From Octopus vulgaris (lineage: Eukaryota): DNA of 64,000 nucleotides. Position numbers and translations under genes: made by a program. Of this stretch, positions 51,170 through 64,000 are shown piece by piece. The DNA lies in assembly GCA_951406725.2 (NCBI GenBank), contig OX597814.1, positions 127,162,001 through 127,226,000 of the forward strand. The letters run 5' to 3'. The notes under the pieces were generated by a model. It did not search any database, was not told the origin of the DNA, and worked only from the letters and a program-made list of their open reading frames with translations. The number at the start of each line of letters is the position of its first letter. The stretch's first letter is position 1.

Positions 51170-51495
51170 GTGAAGGTACATGGTTTAGTGGTTTTGGGTA
51201 TTCAGCTCATGATCATAAAGTCGTGAGTTCAATTCATGGTGGTGCATTGTATCCTTAAGCAAGACACTTTACTTCACATTGCTCCAGTCCACTTAACTGG
51301 TGAAAATGAGTAGCACCTGTTATTCAAAGGGCCAACCATATCACATTTTCTGTTACACTGAATCTCCCTGAGAACTACATTAAGAGTATGCGTATCTGTG
51401 GAGTCCTCAGCTACTTGCACATTAGTTTTACAAGCAGGCTGTTCTGTTGGCTGGATCAACTGGGACTGTTGTTGTTGTAACTGATGGAGTGGCAG
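51170..51495 (+). mobile_element. CORE SINE family C
   Basis: Collinear with 7738-8065. Confidence 0.8.
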
Positions 51496-51529
51496 TATCT
51501 GTGTGTGTGTATGTGTGTGATTATATATA

Positions 51530-51795
51530 TCATCATCATCATCATCGTTTAATGTCCGCTTTCCATGCTAGCATGGGTTGGATGATTTGACTGAGGTCTG
51601 GCGAACCAGATGGCTGCACCAGGCTCCAATCTGATCTGGCAGAGTTTCTACAGCTGGATGCCCTTCCTAATGCCAACCACTCCGAGAGTAGTAGGTGCTT
51701 TTATGTGCCACCGGCACAAGGGTCAGTCAGGCGGTACTGGCAACAGCCATGCTCAAATGGTGCTTTTTATGTGCCACCTGCACAGGAGCCAGTCA
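51530..51795 (-). mobile_element. RTE tail fragment
   Basis: (CAT)n plus family tail. Confidence 0.8.
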
Positions 51796-52315
51796 AAACT
51801 CGAAGAAGATAAAACTATAAATAACAGCATATAAATACCGGGTAAAAAAGTTGAAGGTTGCCTTCAACTTTTTCTATGCAAAAAAGAGTAATGTTTTCTC
51901 AGTTTTATAAATTCTTATGACATCAACTACACACACATGTTTGATAACATAGTTCTATAACCTGGACATTTACAGTTCCCATGAAGAAAACTCTAAATGT
52001 CGCATACACCACAAGGCTCCATGCTGTTTCTAATATCTCATGACGTCAACACATAACTAACAAAGTACTGTACTAAGACATCCCATATATCACAGAGACA
52101 ATACAAAGGTACAGTTGAGATTTATTAGTTAATGCTGGTGTAACAAGGAGGAAGGAGTAAGTAGCAGAAGTTCTTCTGTGGCAATATTCTCATGGCAAAT
52201 AGAGAAGAGACAGACCAGCAAAACTACAAGCCATTTGCAACAAAAGACTCTCATGGATGACAGAGAAATTAAAATGCATGCCAGGAATGCTGAGAAATTT
52301 GTGATCCACTGACTA

Positions 52316-52615
<300 letters not shown>

Positions 52616-53479
52616 CTGTCAGTGCTGCTGTCTTGTAAACTACACCCAGTACACTCTGTAAAGTGGTTGGCTTTAGGAAGGACACCCAGTTGTAGAAACC
52701 ATACCAAAACAGACAATAGAGCTTCGTGCAGTCCTGGCCTTACCAGCTCCAGTCAAAACATCCAACCCATGCCAGCATAGAAAATGTGTGTGTGTATTTA
52801 CATATTTATATATTTACATATGTGGCTATGACAGCAGGCACTTCATATCTAGTAATTCAATATTCATGTTCCTGATCATCAGACTGGAACAAGTATCAAT
52901 ATGTGGGGTTGGAAGGTGAAAGAAGTAGGAGTGTCTTAGGAAGGAGGAGGTGATAAGTGGCAGTACAGGAAGGGTGAGCAGTATAATAAACCTTTTAGGC
53001 AGATTAGAAAATATGTGGATGATGTGCAAGGTCAGAGAGACATGTACAGTGACAAAAATGGATGTCAGAGGTACATAGGAGTGGCTATAGTGTGTAGAGA
53101 GCAAAGCTGTTGATAGCAGATATGAGGTGTTAAAGGTGAGGTGTGACAGATGTAAGATATTGCTCAGAGAGGAGAGAGAGATAATTGGAGGCACAGAAAG
53201 AGGTGATTGGTGGAAAAGAAAGTTGGAAAGGATAATAGGGAATGAGGGACGGACTTTAAAAGGAAGTGGTTTCAGAGAGATTGGAAGGTAAGCGGGAGTA
53301 CAAGGCAAGAATGAAATATGTGCACATTCAGCTCTCCTATGATTATAGCAACTGAATAGTGTTGTAATTAGAAGAGTGGAAGAATGGGTGTTAGTAAGAT
53401 GAAGAGTGGAGAAGGTTTAATAGGGACTGACTGGGTGCAGGAGCACAATCCAGTGAGTGTGTAGACAAACATTATCCAC

Positions 53480-54250
53480 CTAGGACCTCACTTTCTTTGA
53501 GACGGACAGGTCTTCCTCAGGGCAGCAAATTGCCAATGATCCCAGTGTTTTGTTATTTCCACTGAGGTCCAGCATCTTGATATCACCCATCACTATTTTG
53601 TTCCCTGCCTTTGTGGGTTTCCTTTTCCCACAGGTTCCATCTATATTCGGCAATTGAAACTTCTTTATACAGTTGTTTTGCTTTCTTACACACTGCATGA
53701 CCTTACCAGTGCAGTCTTCTCACTTGTGTGCTATATCTGATTCCTCTTTTGCCTAATTTCTCTTTCAATGTATTTGTACTTCATCATACCTGCACACTAA
53801 TACTGCTACCAACTTCCCATTCTACTCTACACATGTCCTCTGCATCTCACTACCATGTAGTAATGCTACATGGTTGTGAAATGTATGTTAGCATCATAAA
53901 AACAATCTTTTGCTATGATAGAGAGGCACATTTTGATATCAATAGATATAAGCATTCTTAAGCTTCTCCAGATAGTTCTTATGTTTTCAGAATATCCTCT
54001 GCTCCTGAGGATTTGGGAAAATTTATTCCCCAGTGTTTTCTTAATGTATATTGCTCCAGTGAGTCTGTTACACACATAGTTTACTTTCTCTGGTAAATTT
54101 CTTGTGATTTCACTTAACCATTTATGCCTCCATAGCTTACATTGTGTACATCGTTTGGAATTTCTACTTACGCCTTTCCTACATATTGAGAGGGGCCATT
54201 TTCCTGAAGGAAGTAAAGATCTGTGTGCTTTCTTGCTTGTTAAAATTTTG
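53480..54250 (-). mobile_element. Older RTE relic
   Basis: [30 protein letters not shown]; DGTCGKRKPTKAGNKIV. Confidence 0.78.
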
Positions 54251-54268
54251 TGTGTATGTGTGTGTGAA

Positions 54269-54354
<86 letters not shown>

Positions 54355-54430
54355 CATATATATATATACATACATATATATATATACATACATATATATA
54401 CATACGTATACATATATATACATACGTATA

Positions 54431-54461
<31 letters not shown>

Positions 54462-54602
54462 GGATGATCCGGTTCTTGACTGAGGATAAAAGGCTTCGAA
54501 TGACCCGTCCTTGTTTTTTTATACCGTCTATCTGGATGTTTTGTTGTCCCTTTTTGTATCACCTAGTTGTCCGGATGTTTTGTGTTCTTGTCCCATTTTG
54601 TA

Positions 54603-54640
<38 letters not shown>

Positions 54641-55669
54641 ATGTATGTATGTATATATATGTATTTATATATATATGGTTCAAATGTACAAAAAACAGAA
54701 GACAGAGACAGATGAGGGAACAAGAAACAAAGTGTATCAATTTGTTGCTCAGGAAAAATGGAAAAGTCTTTCATCATCATCATTGTCATTGTCATCGTCA
54801 CCACCACCGTCAACATTATCATCATCTAACATCTGTATTCCATGTTGGCATTGATTAAATGGTCCAACAGGAATCAACAAGCCAAAGGACAACATTGAGC
54901 TCCAATGTCTACTTTGGCATGGTTTCTGTGGTTGGGTGCTTCTTTGTAGTACCACCACTTGTAAGGTACCCAAGTAACTAACAAGACAAAACTGACTGAC
55001 TCAGTGGGGATACAGTGTTGAGAGGGGTGGCTTTATAAAAGGTGTTGAGAGAATAAAGCATGATGGAAAGATAGGAACAGGTGTTTTAGTGTTGACGAGA
55101 TACATGACTACCTCAGTAGAAAAGGGAGAAAGGCTGGTTGAGACAATGTCAGGGCTTAACCTCAATGTATAAGAAGGTAGATAAAGAAAGAATAGGGCCA
55201 AAAAATTGAGGGTGGTTGGCTGGGTAGGTTTGTATGAGAGTGAAAGGAGAATTGCAGACAATTAGAGATGGGGTTGATGTGAATGCACTGAATGGTGAAC
55301 ATGGGTGGCAGTATGGTCAGGATTAAAGAAAATAGAAATAGAGGTGATAGGTAGAAATACACAAAAAGAAGGAGGTAGAGAACAACAGTATAATAAAACT
55401 ATAAGCAGATGAGAAATAGGGAAATGATGTGAAGTGTTAGGGGAGAGAGAAGACACGCAGAGACAGATATGGAGGTCAGAGATACATAGGAATGGATATA
55501 ATGACAGAAATGGGAGGGAGATGGTATGAAGAGAGTGTGTTCAAGGGAAAGGGCATTGATTGATTGATTCTAGTTTCAGCTTATGAGCTGTGGCCATGCT
55601 GGGGCACTGCATTCAGTGGAAAATACAGTGGTAAGGGATGATATTGAAAGTGTGGAATGGATGACAAGA

Positions 55670-56005
55670 GGAGTTTGTTTATTTGTTCCTTCATGAGTCA
55701 CTCTTGGCTCATAAGGGCTGGTTTCCCAGTTTCCTTGGCGTATAGGTTCCCCACCTGGACAGGACACCGGTTCGTCACAGGTGAGCTGCAAGATGTAGGA
55801 GGAAAGCGTAAGAGAAAGTTGTGGCGAAAGAGTCAGCAGAAATTTGCCATTACCTTCTGCCGGAGACACATGGAACTTAGGTGTTTCACTCATAAACACA
55901 CCACTTTTCTTCTCTTGTGATGTGCACAGATATAACTACTGAGATTCGAACTCACGATCCTTTGACCACGAGTCCATTGCTCAAACCACTAGGCCATGTG
56001 TCTCC
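55670..56005 (-). mobile_element. SINE family B variant
   Basis: Reverse-complement match to the architecture of 22858-23175. Confidence 0.75.
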
Positions 56006-56905
56006 ACTAACAAGAGGAGTGGTTCCAAGGAAAATAATAACCGGTAGCACAAAACTGGAGATGGAATATGTACAGTTTTTCTCTTATATAAGTATAGCAG
56101 CTGAACAAATAGTGCTGATTATGTCAGAAGAGCAAAGGAAGGATGGCTGTTATGAAGTTGTGAGGAAGCTTGACCTGTACAGATTGGGGGTGGGGGCATA
56201 AACATGAAAAATATGCTTTTAGATCATCATTTGTTTGCTGAGATGGATGGGTCTTCTCAAGCACAGATGATTCCCCAATCATCTCAGTCTCTTGTCATAT
56301 CCCCATTAGACCTTCAAAGATTGAAGTAGAGAAGGTTTCTGTACCAACAGTGATTTAGTATGAATCCATTGGTCCTAAGAAGAAAGTAAAAGCTTACACA
56401 AAAGTTGTTGGAGCTGTAGTGTAGTTCACCTACATGATCATTCTTGTCATCATTGTTTGGTGTCTGCTTTCCATGCTGGCATGTGTTGGACAGGTTCTTT
56501 CTGCTGTGTTTGATGGGCCAGGGGATTACATCCTGTTCATAAGTTTAATTTTTGGTTTGGTTTCACTGACAGGATGCCTTTCTGATGCTAACCACTTTAC
56601 ACAGTGCACTGCGTGCATTTTTCATGATACCAGCATTAGAGAAGTAGTTATATCTTGGACAAAATTACAAAAAAAAAGCAAGGGGTAAAAAACTACCTAC
56701 ACTAAGCAGAATGAATCAGGTGCATTTTATTCTGCACACATCACAAGAGAAGAGAAGGATGGGAGAGAGATTGATAGCAAAAGGTGAATATATGATGAGA
56801 GTGAACAAATGGCCAGCAAAGGTTATAGGTAGAGTGTATGGAGTACATGTTGGTCTGATGAGATCTCTTAATTATATACCTCAAGATGGTAATAAGGATG
56901 AGAAA

Positions 56906-56962
<57 letters not shown>

Positions 56963-57299
56963 TCAGATGGGTCCTGTGGTATTCCCAGTTAAACTGAAAT
57001 AAATGTATGGTGGTTGAAGAGATACACTGCAATATTTAGTCACATTGGAAGCATAGTAAAGTGAGATTGAGAAGAGATAAGTAATTGTAAGATGAGCAAT
57101 AGAGACATGAGTATTACAGGTGTGTGTGATAAAGGCAGAAGCATGGAGAGCAGACATATGATAAAAGATATGTGCGGTAAGAGGGGGGTGAGTGACAGGG
57201 GTGTTAGAGGGAGCGCAGGCTTTAGTCATGCATATTTGCACACATACATGTTCATACATATATATAGCTAAAGTTACAAACCCATACAGACCCACACAT

Positions 57300-57609
57300 T
57301 ACTGGCACTCTGTTGGTTATGTTCAACAGATCCGATCAATGGAACAACCTGCTCATGAAATCAATGTGAAAGTGGTTTAGCATTCCATAGACATATACCT
57401 TAGTGTAGTTCTCAAGGAGATCCAATGTGACACCAAATGTAACAAGGCTGGACCTTTGAATTGCAGGTACAACTCATTTTCGGCAGCTGAGTGGCCTGGA
57501 GCAGAATGAAATTAAGTGTCTTGCTCAAGTAAACAACATGCTGTTGGGAATCAATCTTATGACCTAATGATTGTGAGCTGAATACCCTAACTGCTAAGGC
57601 ATGTGCCTT

Positions 57610-57610
<1 letters not shown>
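57300..57610 (-). mobile_element. CORE SINE family C
   Basis: Reverse complement of the 7738-8065 family. Confidence 0.78.
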
Positions 57611-57656
<46 letters not shown>

Positions 57657-57720
57657 CATCACTAGATCATATATCCCCCCCCCAAAAAAAAGTACACTCT
57701 AAAAGTTAGAGCAGTAATCT

Positions 57721-58372
57721 ATTTACAAGAAGTTAAATATATGCCTCATCATAGAGTGATCGATGGTTTCACATCTATAAACTGCTTAGCTTTATAGATG
57801 ACTTATCAGACTTCAATGGCCATGGTCATATAACCTTTCTTCAAACTGGAGGTAGAAAACCATTACAGGCAGTTAATTTGTAAACTATGCAAAGCTTACA
57901 TCATCTAGGACCAGACAATGCAAGCTTTGCATAGCAGAGCAGGCAAGGATCCTTAAAGACTTGCTGGACCTGAAGTCTCTCTTAAACTCAAGACATGAGA
58001 TCTATACCCATTGCTCCCATTTCAAATGCTACTTGCTACAGGCATGGGATTCCCTGTTTGTTGATTAGGGATCTAAAAAGTACTTGTGGACTAGAATTAG
58101 CCCAAGGGTGGAAATTCCCTGTTTGCTCTAAAGATTTGCTGATTGGACCAGTATAAAGGCAGTAACTTGTCCCATTTAAGGCTCAGACAGTGTATATTAC
58201 TTTTTTGTTTAGAAATTAACTGATTGCAACGGTTTTCTACTTCCAGTTTGAAGAGAGGTTATATGCCTGCTGCCATTGAAGTCTCATGAGTTGTCTATAA
58301 AGCTAAGTGCTTTATGGATGTAAAACCATTGGTCACTCCATGTCTGTACATATATTAAACTTCATGTAAATA
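57721..58372 (+). mobile_element. Penelope-like element: GIY-YIG C-terminus between inverted pseudo-LTRs
   Basis: RQCKLCIAEQARIL..LLNSRHEIYTHCSHFKCYLL at 57886-58068; inverted arms at 57721-57885 and 58207-58372. Confidence 0.85.
58278..58339 (+). ncRNA. Degenerate type I hammerhead ribozyme (partner copy at 57753-57814, minus strand)
   Basis: Two-arm consensus GAAGT-CTGATGA-stem II-GAAA-CCAT(C/T)GGT-C-ACTC; each copy carries core lesions. Confidence 0.6.
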
Positions 58373-58415
58373 TTATGTATGTATATACATGCATACATAC
58401 TTATATACCTACATA

Positions 58416-58459
<44 letters not shown>

Positions 58460-58479
58460 GTACTCAAATTTCAACATCT

Positions 58480-59015
58480 GTTTCATCATGCTTGTATAGG
58501 TGGGTGTGTCTTCTTTCACACAGCATGTCCACAACCAGCATGGTCCTTTGTCACCATCTCTGTGAGACGCAACAACTTCAGATTTATCTCTACCACTTTA
58601 TCTCAAGCCTTTCATGGTCTCTCTCTTCCACAAGCTTCATTCGCTTTGAGCACATGACGCTCCTTTATACAGCTGTTCTCCAAATGCATCATTTGCCCAT
58701 ACCAACACCCACTTCTGTCTTGCACACTATGTCTGATTCAACTTCCATTTGGTTTTTCTCACAGTTCAGTTGTGCTCTAGCTTTTATCCACACTTTGAAC
58801 GTTTGCTTTATTCTTTTCTAGTTTTCACAAATCCTCTGTGTTCAAGGTCGACATTTCACTAACATGCAGCATCACACTTCATTCATAACCATCATACAAT
58901 TAGTATTTCTCTCTGAGAGAAAAGCTCTTTGTTGCCAACAGAGATAGGAGCTCCTTAAACTGTTTTCAACCTGTTCTTACTCTAGTTACTTAGTTTTCTG
59001 AGCACTCACCCCCTC
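58480..59015 (-). mobile_element. Old RTE C-terminal relic
   Basis: Collinear with the main RTE C-terminus (FKELLSLLATK, YGQMMHLENSCIK). Confidence 0.6.
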
Positions 59016-59398
59016 TGAGTACATGTGTATGTGTGTGCATGTTTTTTGATGACATTATCAAAGAGTCACAATATCAATAAGAAAACTGCAAACAGTGCTC
59101 TTTGAATGAAGTCCCTTGTTTATATTTATTTTGCATTTTTTTGCTGCCATCAGAAAAGTAGTGAACCAATGATTGGCCTGTTGGATACTGGTTCACATCA
59201 TTATCATCACCACCATTCAATGTCCATTTCCTATGCAAGCATGGGTTGGGCAGTTCAACAGGAGGTAGAGCGCCAGAGGACTGCACTATACTCCAATGTC
59301 TACTTTGACATGGTTTCTCCGGTTGGATGCCCTTCTTAACACCAAATGCTTTTTATATCATAAATTGTGATATAAAATGAATAGTAGCAGTAATAGTA

Positions 59399-59463
<65 letters not shown>

Positions 59464-60149
59464 TGAAGTGTCAGTGTCTAAAATATTGACAAAAGTATCA
59501 GTGCTTGATACATTAATGAACAGAGCAATGGTGCCCAATATATTACCTGAAGGATATAGGTACCACATATATTACTGATAGAATTTATATTTTTATTAAG
59601 TGCCTTGTATATTGACTGATGGAAAATCAAAACCCAATATTTTGCCTTATTGAGTATTAGTACTTCATATATAGTGTAATGGAGTACCAGTGACCCCATA
59701 TCTTGACTAATGGTATATCAGCTCTCCATATCATTTACTTGATACAAAATGAAATGGCAGACTACTACAAGTCATTTATAGTTTGTGTGACACTTGTAAG
59801 GAACCAATATGAGGAGTGTTTAAACTTAAAGAGATAGAATTCAGTAGATTTAGTAAGGAATATATCATGAAATAAGTTTGAATAAAACTTGCAATCACTG
59901 CAGAAAACAACAGGATGCACATATGATATTTGTAGGAAAAATGATTTAGGCTTTTGAAAGCATCAAAATAAATAAGATTTGTATGAATAAATGTTTGAGT
60001 GTCATAAACACTACCTTGAGATTATAGCTACAAAATATTTTAGAAATAAGTAAAAGTTAAAAGAAGCAATTAAGAACATTATTTTATCCTACCCCTAGGA
60101 CTGAAAAATAGATATTGATGAAATAATGTTTTTGCTAAGAGTGGCAGAA

Positions 60150-60336
60150 GGCCAGGAATTTTGAAGGGAGATGGAAGTTGATTACATCAACTTCAGTGCT
60201 CAACTGGCATTTTTATTTCATTTACTCTGAAATGATGAAAGGCAAAGTCAACCTTAACGGAATTTAAACTCAAAATGTAAAGAGCTCGAAGAAATGTAGT
60301 TAAATATTTTGTTTAGCATGGTAACAATTCTGCCAT
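60150..60336 (-). mobile_element. SINE family A, decayed
   Basis: GATGAAAGGCAAAGTCAACCTTAACGGAATTTAAACTCA. Confidence 0.7.
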
Positions 60337-60397
60337 AACATATTAATAAAATAATAGAAAATAATTTTCTTTGGTTCCAAATATAATTATACAATAA

Positions 60398-60581
60398 CCC
60401 CTTTGTTACCATATTTCTATTGAAATACACTGTTTTGAAAATAATGAAAAATTTATTAAAATAATTAAGCTGGGTTTGGAATAGAAGTTAATATGGAGTT
60501 TTGATGGAAGGTTTTAATTTAAAACAAGGAATTTATATCATAAAACTAAGGGTGGTCTCATGTGGATTGGTATCAAAAGGT
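60398..60581. mobile_element. piggyBac-like MITE, decayed
   Basis: TAACCCCTTTGTTACC ... GGTATCAAAAGGTTTTA. Confidence 0.55.
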
Positions 60582-60789
60582 TTTATTATGAATAGATAAT
60601 GATTTTAACCTTCAATATTTGTAGCAAAATGGTCTTCATTGAGTCTACACATATTCTGAATTTGTTGCTCAACTTCTTTAAGTGATTGATACTGAATGAA
60701 TCTGGTACATTTCCAGTTGGAGGTGGAATCTGTAAGTGCCTTGATCATAACTGCATTGTTTTGAAAGTCTTACAAGAAGAAATGTTAAG

Positions 60790-62570
60790 AGAATGTAAGA
60801 GCTATTCATCTGTCTTTTACTTGGTTTTGAAAAGTTAAATCCCCCAAGAAGTAGATATTTTTTACACATCAACACAGACCTTCTCATTCATGCAGCCTGA
60901 AACATTTTCAATTTGACTCTGCCAAGATCTTTAGCATGAAAATGTCCATATAAGACACTCAGATTTGTTTAATGTAAATATCTATTAGTATCAGCTGAAA
61001 TAGGATCTTCATTAGTGGGGAAAAAATCTTGAAGAAGGTATAAGGGATACAAGAAAGTCTAAAAATGAGTTGTGATGTTAATAAATAAAAATTAAAAACA
61101 ATAAATGGAAGTTAAGAAATAAAAAAAGCTTAAGATCTAAAAATTCTACTTTTGCAATACTTTTCATTAAAATGAAATTGGAAAAGACACTCATTTAATG
61201 AACTTCAGTTACAGAATAATCATCTATCTGTTCCTAAACTGAATAATAATCCTATTAAAGAGAGCACTCCTACTACAAATGTAGCTAGTCTGCTTCTGGT
61301 AGTTCTAAAATGGTTTTAGTATCAGAATGTTATCTGTCTTACTTCAGTTTTTAGAAAGTTGTTACCGAGTGCAAAGGTTTTTAAGGTAGGGACAACAGGA
61401 ACATCTAAATCACTCTCATACTGGCGTTAGTGTTAGTTAGTTGACACTGATGCATTGTTGAGATTCTTGCAAGTCAAAGAAACATGCTACCACAGATCGA
61501 GAGAAAACAAAGATGTTATTCAGAGCTAGGGAAGGAATTTTAAAGTCAGTTTGGATGGCAATTCCTCATGTCAACATTTCTGCCCCAGATTCTATTTCAC
61601 CATAGAGATTATAAATAGAAATATAAAGTGTGATAGACTACTATCTTCTATAGAAATTTAGACCTCTCCATGTTAACCAATGAGCTACAATAATCTATTG
61701 AAGTTAGAAGTAATATGACTTTTGATAATACAAAATATTTGGTACATCAAAGTTGTTACTTTGTATAAAGAGTCATTTGCTTCACTCATTGGTCAAAACA
61801 CTTAATTCAACCAATTAAACAAATATCAGATCCTCTGGGAAAGCCTGTCTGCAGTAGTTGAGCTAGAGATAAATTTCTTTTGACAGCTTTTCACTAACAA
61901 CATTTATAGTAGTATTGTAAAGTATGAACAAATTGATTGAAGACTATTTACATTGTTCAATAAAATCAGATTATTATGAAGAACTTTCAAGTATTATATT
62001 TCTCTGTTAGTCCTAGCAAAAATGGGGTGATCTAAAGTTGTTTAGTTAAGAACCCTACATGCTGGAGGCAAGAGTGGCTTTTCCAGAAGAAGGTTTGAAG
62101 TAGAGGTGTAAAATATGAAGAATTAGCTAAATATTTTTATTGAGTATGTGAAAACATTGGGGCCCAACATCTATAGTGAACTTCCTGTAATACTCCACAT
62201 ATCCTGTTGCAATTTTACATTAAATCTAACTGTGTGCATTTATTGAATGTCTGATACAAAAATAATCCAGCTAAAAGGTATTTATTGCAAGATCTCAAAT
62301 GTAAATGCTTATATTTGTAAATCTAGTCAACCCATGTCAACTTAATGTAGATCAGGAAACAAATTCAATATGTTGGTTCCTAAAGTAAAATGATTAATTG
62401 ATCAGTAAGTCTGGTGGAGATGTTGGCCAAATATTTTGGAATGGATAAGAAATTTGAAATGTTGTTGTGAGAAAAGTTAAAATATGTCATCTGAATATGA
62501 TGAAATGGTATTCAACTGGGTTATAGGAATCCCCCAAGAAGTCGAAGAGATTACTTTGCAGTTATGTGGT
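60790..62570 (+). pseudogene. Highly decayed DNA-transposase relic, possibly hAT (hATm-like)
   Basis: Ordered faint motifs LDGN (~WDGK), CDRLL, KAC/AVVEL, SDYYEELSSIIFL (~RDDYRELL..IFLG), TLHAG; many stops. Confidence 0.35.
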
Positions 62571-63177
62571 TCTAAGTTCAATTTCACAGGATGGAACCTT
62601 GGCCGAGTATTTTCTACCATAGACTTGAGTTCACCAAAACAGTGCATAACTTACACACACACACATATATGTATATATAATATTTACCATGGAAATACAC
62701 TGAATGCATATCTACCGTGAATATCGCTTTTTTCCTTGACAAAGGAGCCATTCTCTGAAAATGGATTTCAAGATTAATTTTTTACCTGGGAAATTGAACC
62801 CAAAAAACGGCCATTGGAATATTATCATCTACAATTGTAACTTGAAACCTTATTAGATGCTTATTATTAACTTTTCAAATCTTTTAAAAAATGTTATCTA
62901 TATTCTTATCTTTTACTATATTATCACTCTGTTTTTACATTCATATTTATATATCTATATATATTTTTGATATTCCTATATTTTTCTATGTTTGATATAT
63001 TAATATATGTTTTAATTTTAGATGAATTTTATCTTGATCAAATCTGCACACATGTTGAAAGAGGTTTGCCTAATCTGAACTTTCTCCTTTTATTTTTTAT
63101 ACTTGCCTAACGTCTCAGGTTTGACTTCAGCGCTTTTCTGCAATCTATATATTTCGTAAGAAAAATATATAAGGACA

Positions 63178-63480
63178 TGGCATTAGGAAGGGCATCCAGC
63201 TGTAGAAACTCTGCCAAATCAAGATTGGAGCCTGGTGCAGCCATCTGGTTCGCCAGCTCTCAGTCAAATCGTCCAACCCATACTAGCATGGAAAGCGGAT
63301 GTTAAACGATGATGATGATATATGTTGGACCTCAACGGAGGCAAAGTGGCTGAGTTCTTTTTGGGCATTGAGCCCTACAGAGGTAAAGTGGCTGAGATCC
63401 TTTCAAGCATTGGGCCTCATGGAGGCAAAGTGGCTGGCATGTAAATGCACCCCGGTGTCACGCAAATGGCATCAGCCGTA
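63178..63480 (+). mobile_element. RTE tail plus UTR repeat fragment
   Basis: TGGCATTAGGAAGGGCATCCAGCTGTAGAAAC..GTTAAACGATGATG. Confidence 0.78.
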
Positions 63481-64000
63481 GAAAATCAGAAGCCCATCGT
63501 GTGTGTTTATTTTACTGTCTCCTTGCCTTGCCATTGTGTGATAAGTTAGCATCACTGTCATGCATATTATATCCTTCATTTCCAATCTCGTGTCTGGCTA
63601 TGGGAAAATATAACATTACTTGGAAATAGCTGAGTGTTTGCAACACAAAGGGCATCTGGCTGTAGAAACAAATTCTGCCTGACCCACGCAAGCATAGAAA
63701 AGTGGACGTTAAAACAATGACGGTGACAAAGTTGAGTATATTATTTTTCTTTTACGTGTTTCATCCTTGAGACTGTGGCCATGCTGGAGCACTGCCAGTA
63801 TTAGTGTAGGATAAACATATACATATAGTGTAGGAGGAAACACAATACTTGTCAGTATTTAGATCCAACAGAGTTATGTCTCTTTTTGCCAAGATCATCT
63901 TGTCTCCTTCAAGATTGATTAAGCACCTGGTAAGATATTGTGGGTAGTAATTTATTAAAACCCTTGAAAGCAATTTTTCAGTCCAATGTCAAAACCTTTA

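Noticed and set aside
52830-53460. 160-aa hydrophobic ORF (and similar ORFs at 12654, 40589 and 55001)
   Set aside because: Purine/pyrimidine-skewed low-complexity DNA yields spurious L/S/F-rich frames
54460-54605. Hammerhead in a PLE-like terminal fragment (CTGAGGA..CGAAT)
   Set aside because: GAAA and the stems are not supportable from this copy

Overview
AT-rich, repeat-saturated eukaryotic DNA. The repeat repertoire (tRNA/CORE SINEs with internal microsatellites, an RTE LINE with (GAT)n tails, very long (TA)n tracts) points to an octopus-like cephalopod; this is an inference from recalled repeat families, not a database hit. No intact host protein-coding gene can be supported, and almost all listed ORFs are microsatellite or decayed-transposon artefacts. 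Mobile elements include many RTE fragments, BovB-like RTE, CR1, R4/Dong-like, Gypsy, Penelope-like, mariner, hAT-like and piggyBac-like relics or MITEs, a non-autonomous Helitron and a 608-bp foldback element carrying telomeric repeats. The most notable signals are four. (1) A CpG-retaining domain (~3.6-12.5 kb) is bracketed by two inverted homologous promoter/first-exon-like modules, with a third decayed copy at ~21.5 kb. (2) Several inverted-repeat Penelope-like elements carry minimal hammerhead-ribozyme motifs. (3) A double-hairpin scar at 25.7 kb matches a 4-nt staggered break sealed into hairpins at both ends. (4) An RTE insertion shows a twin-priming 5' inversion, and the main RTE ORF contains a PHD-like finger. 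All alignments were done by eye and boundaries are approximate unless a TSD or TIR is quoted.
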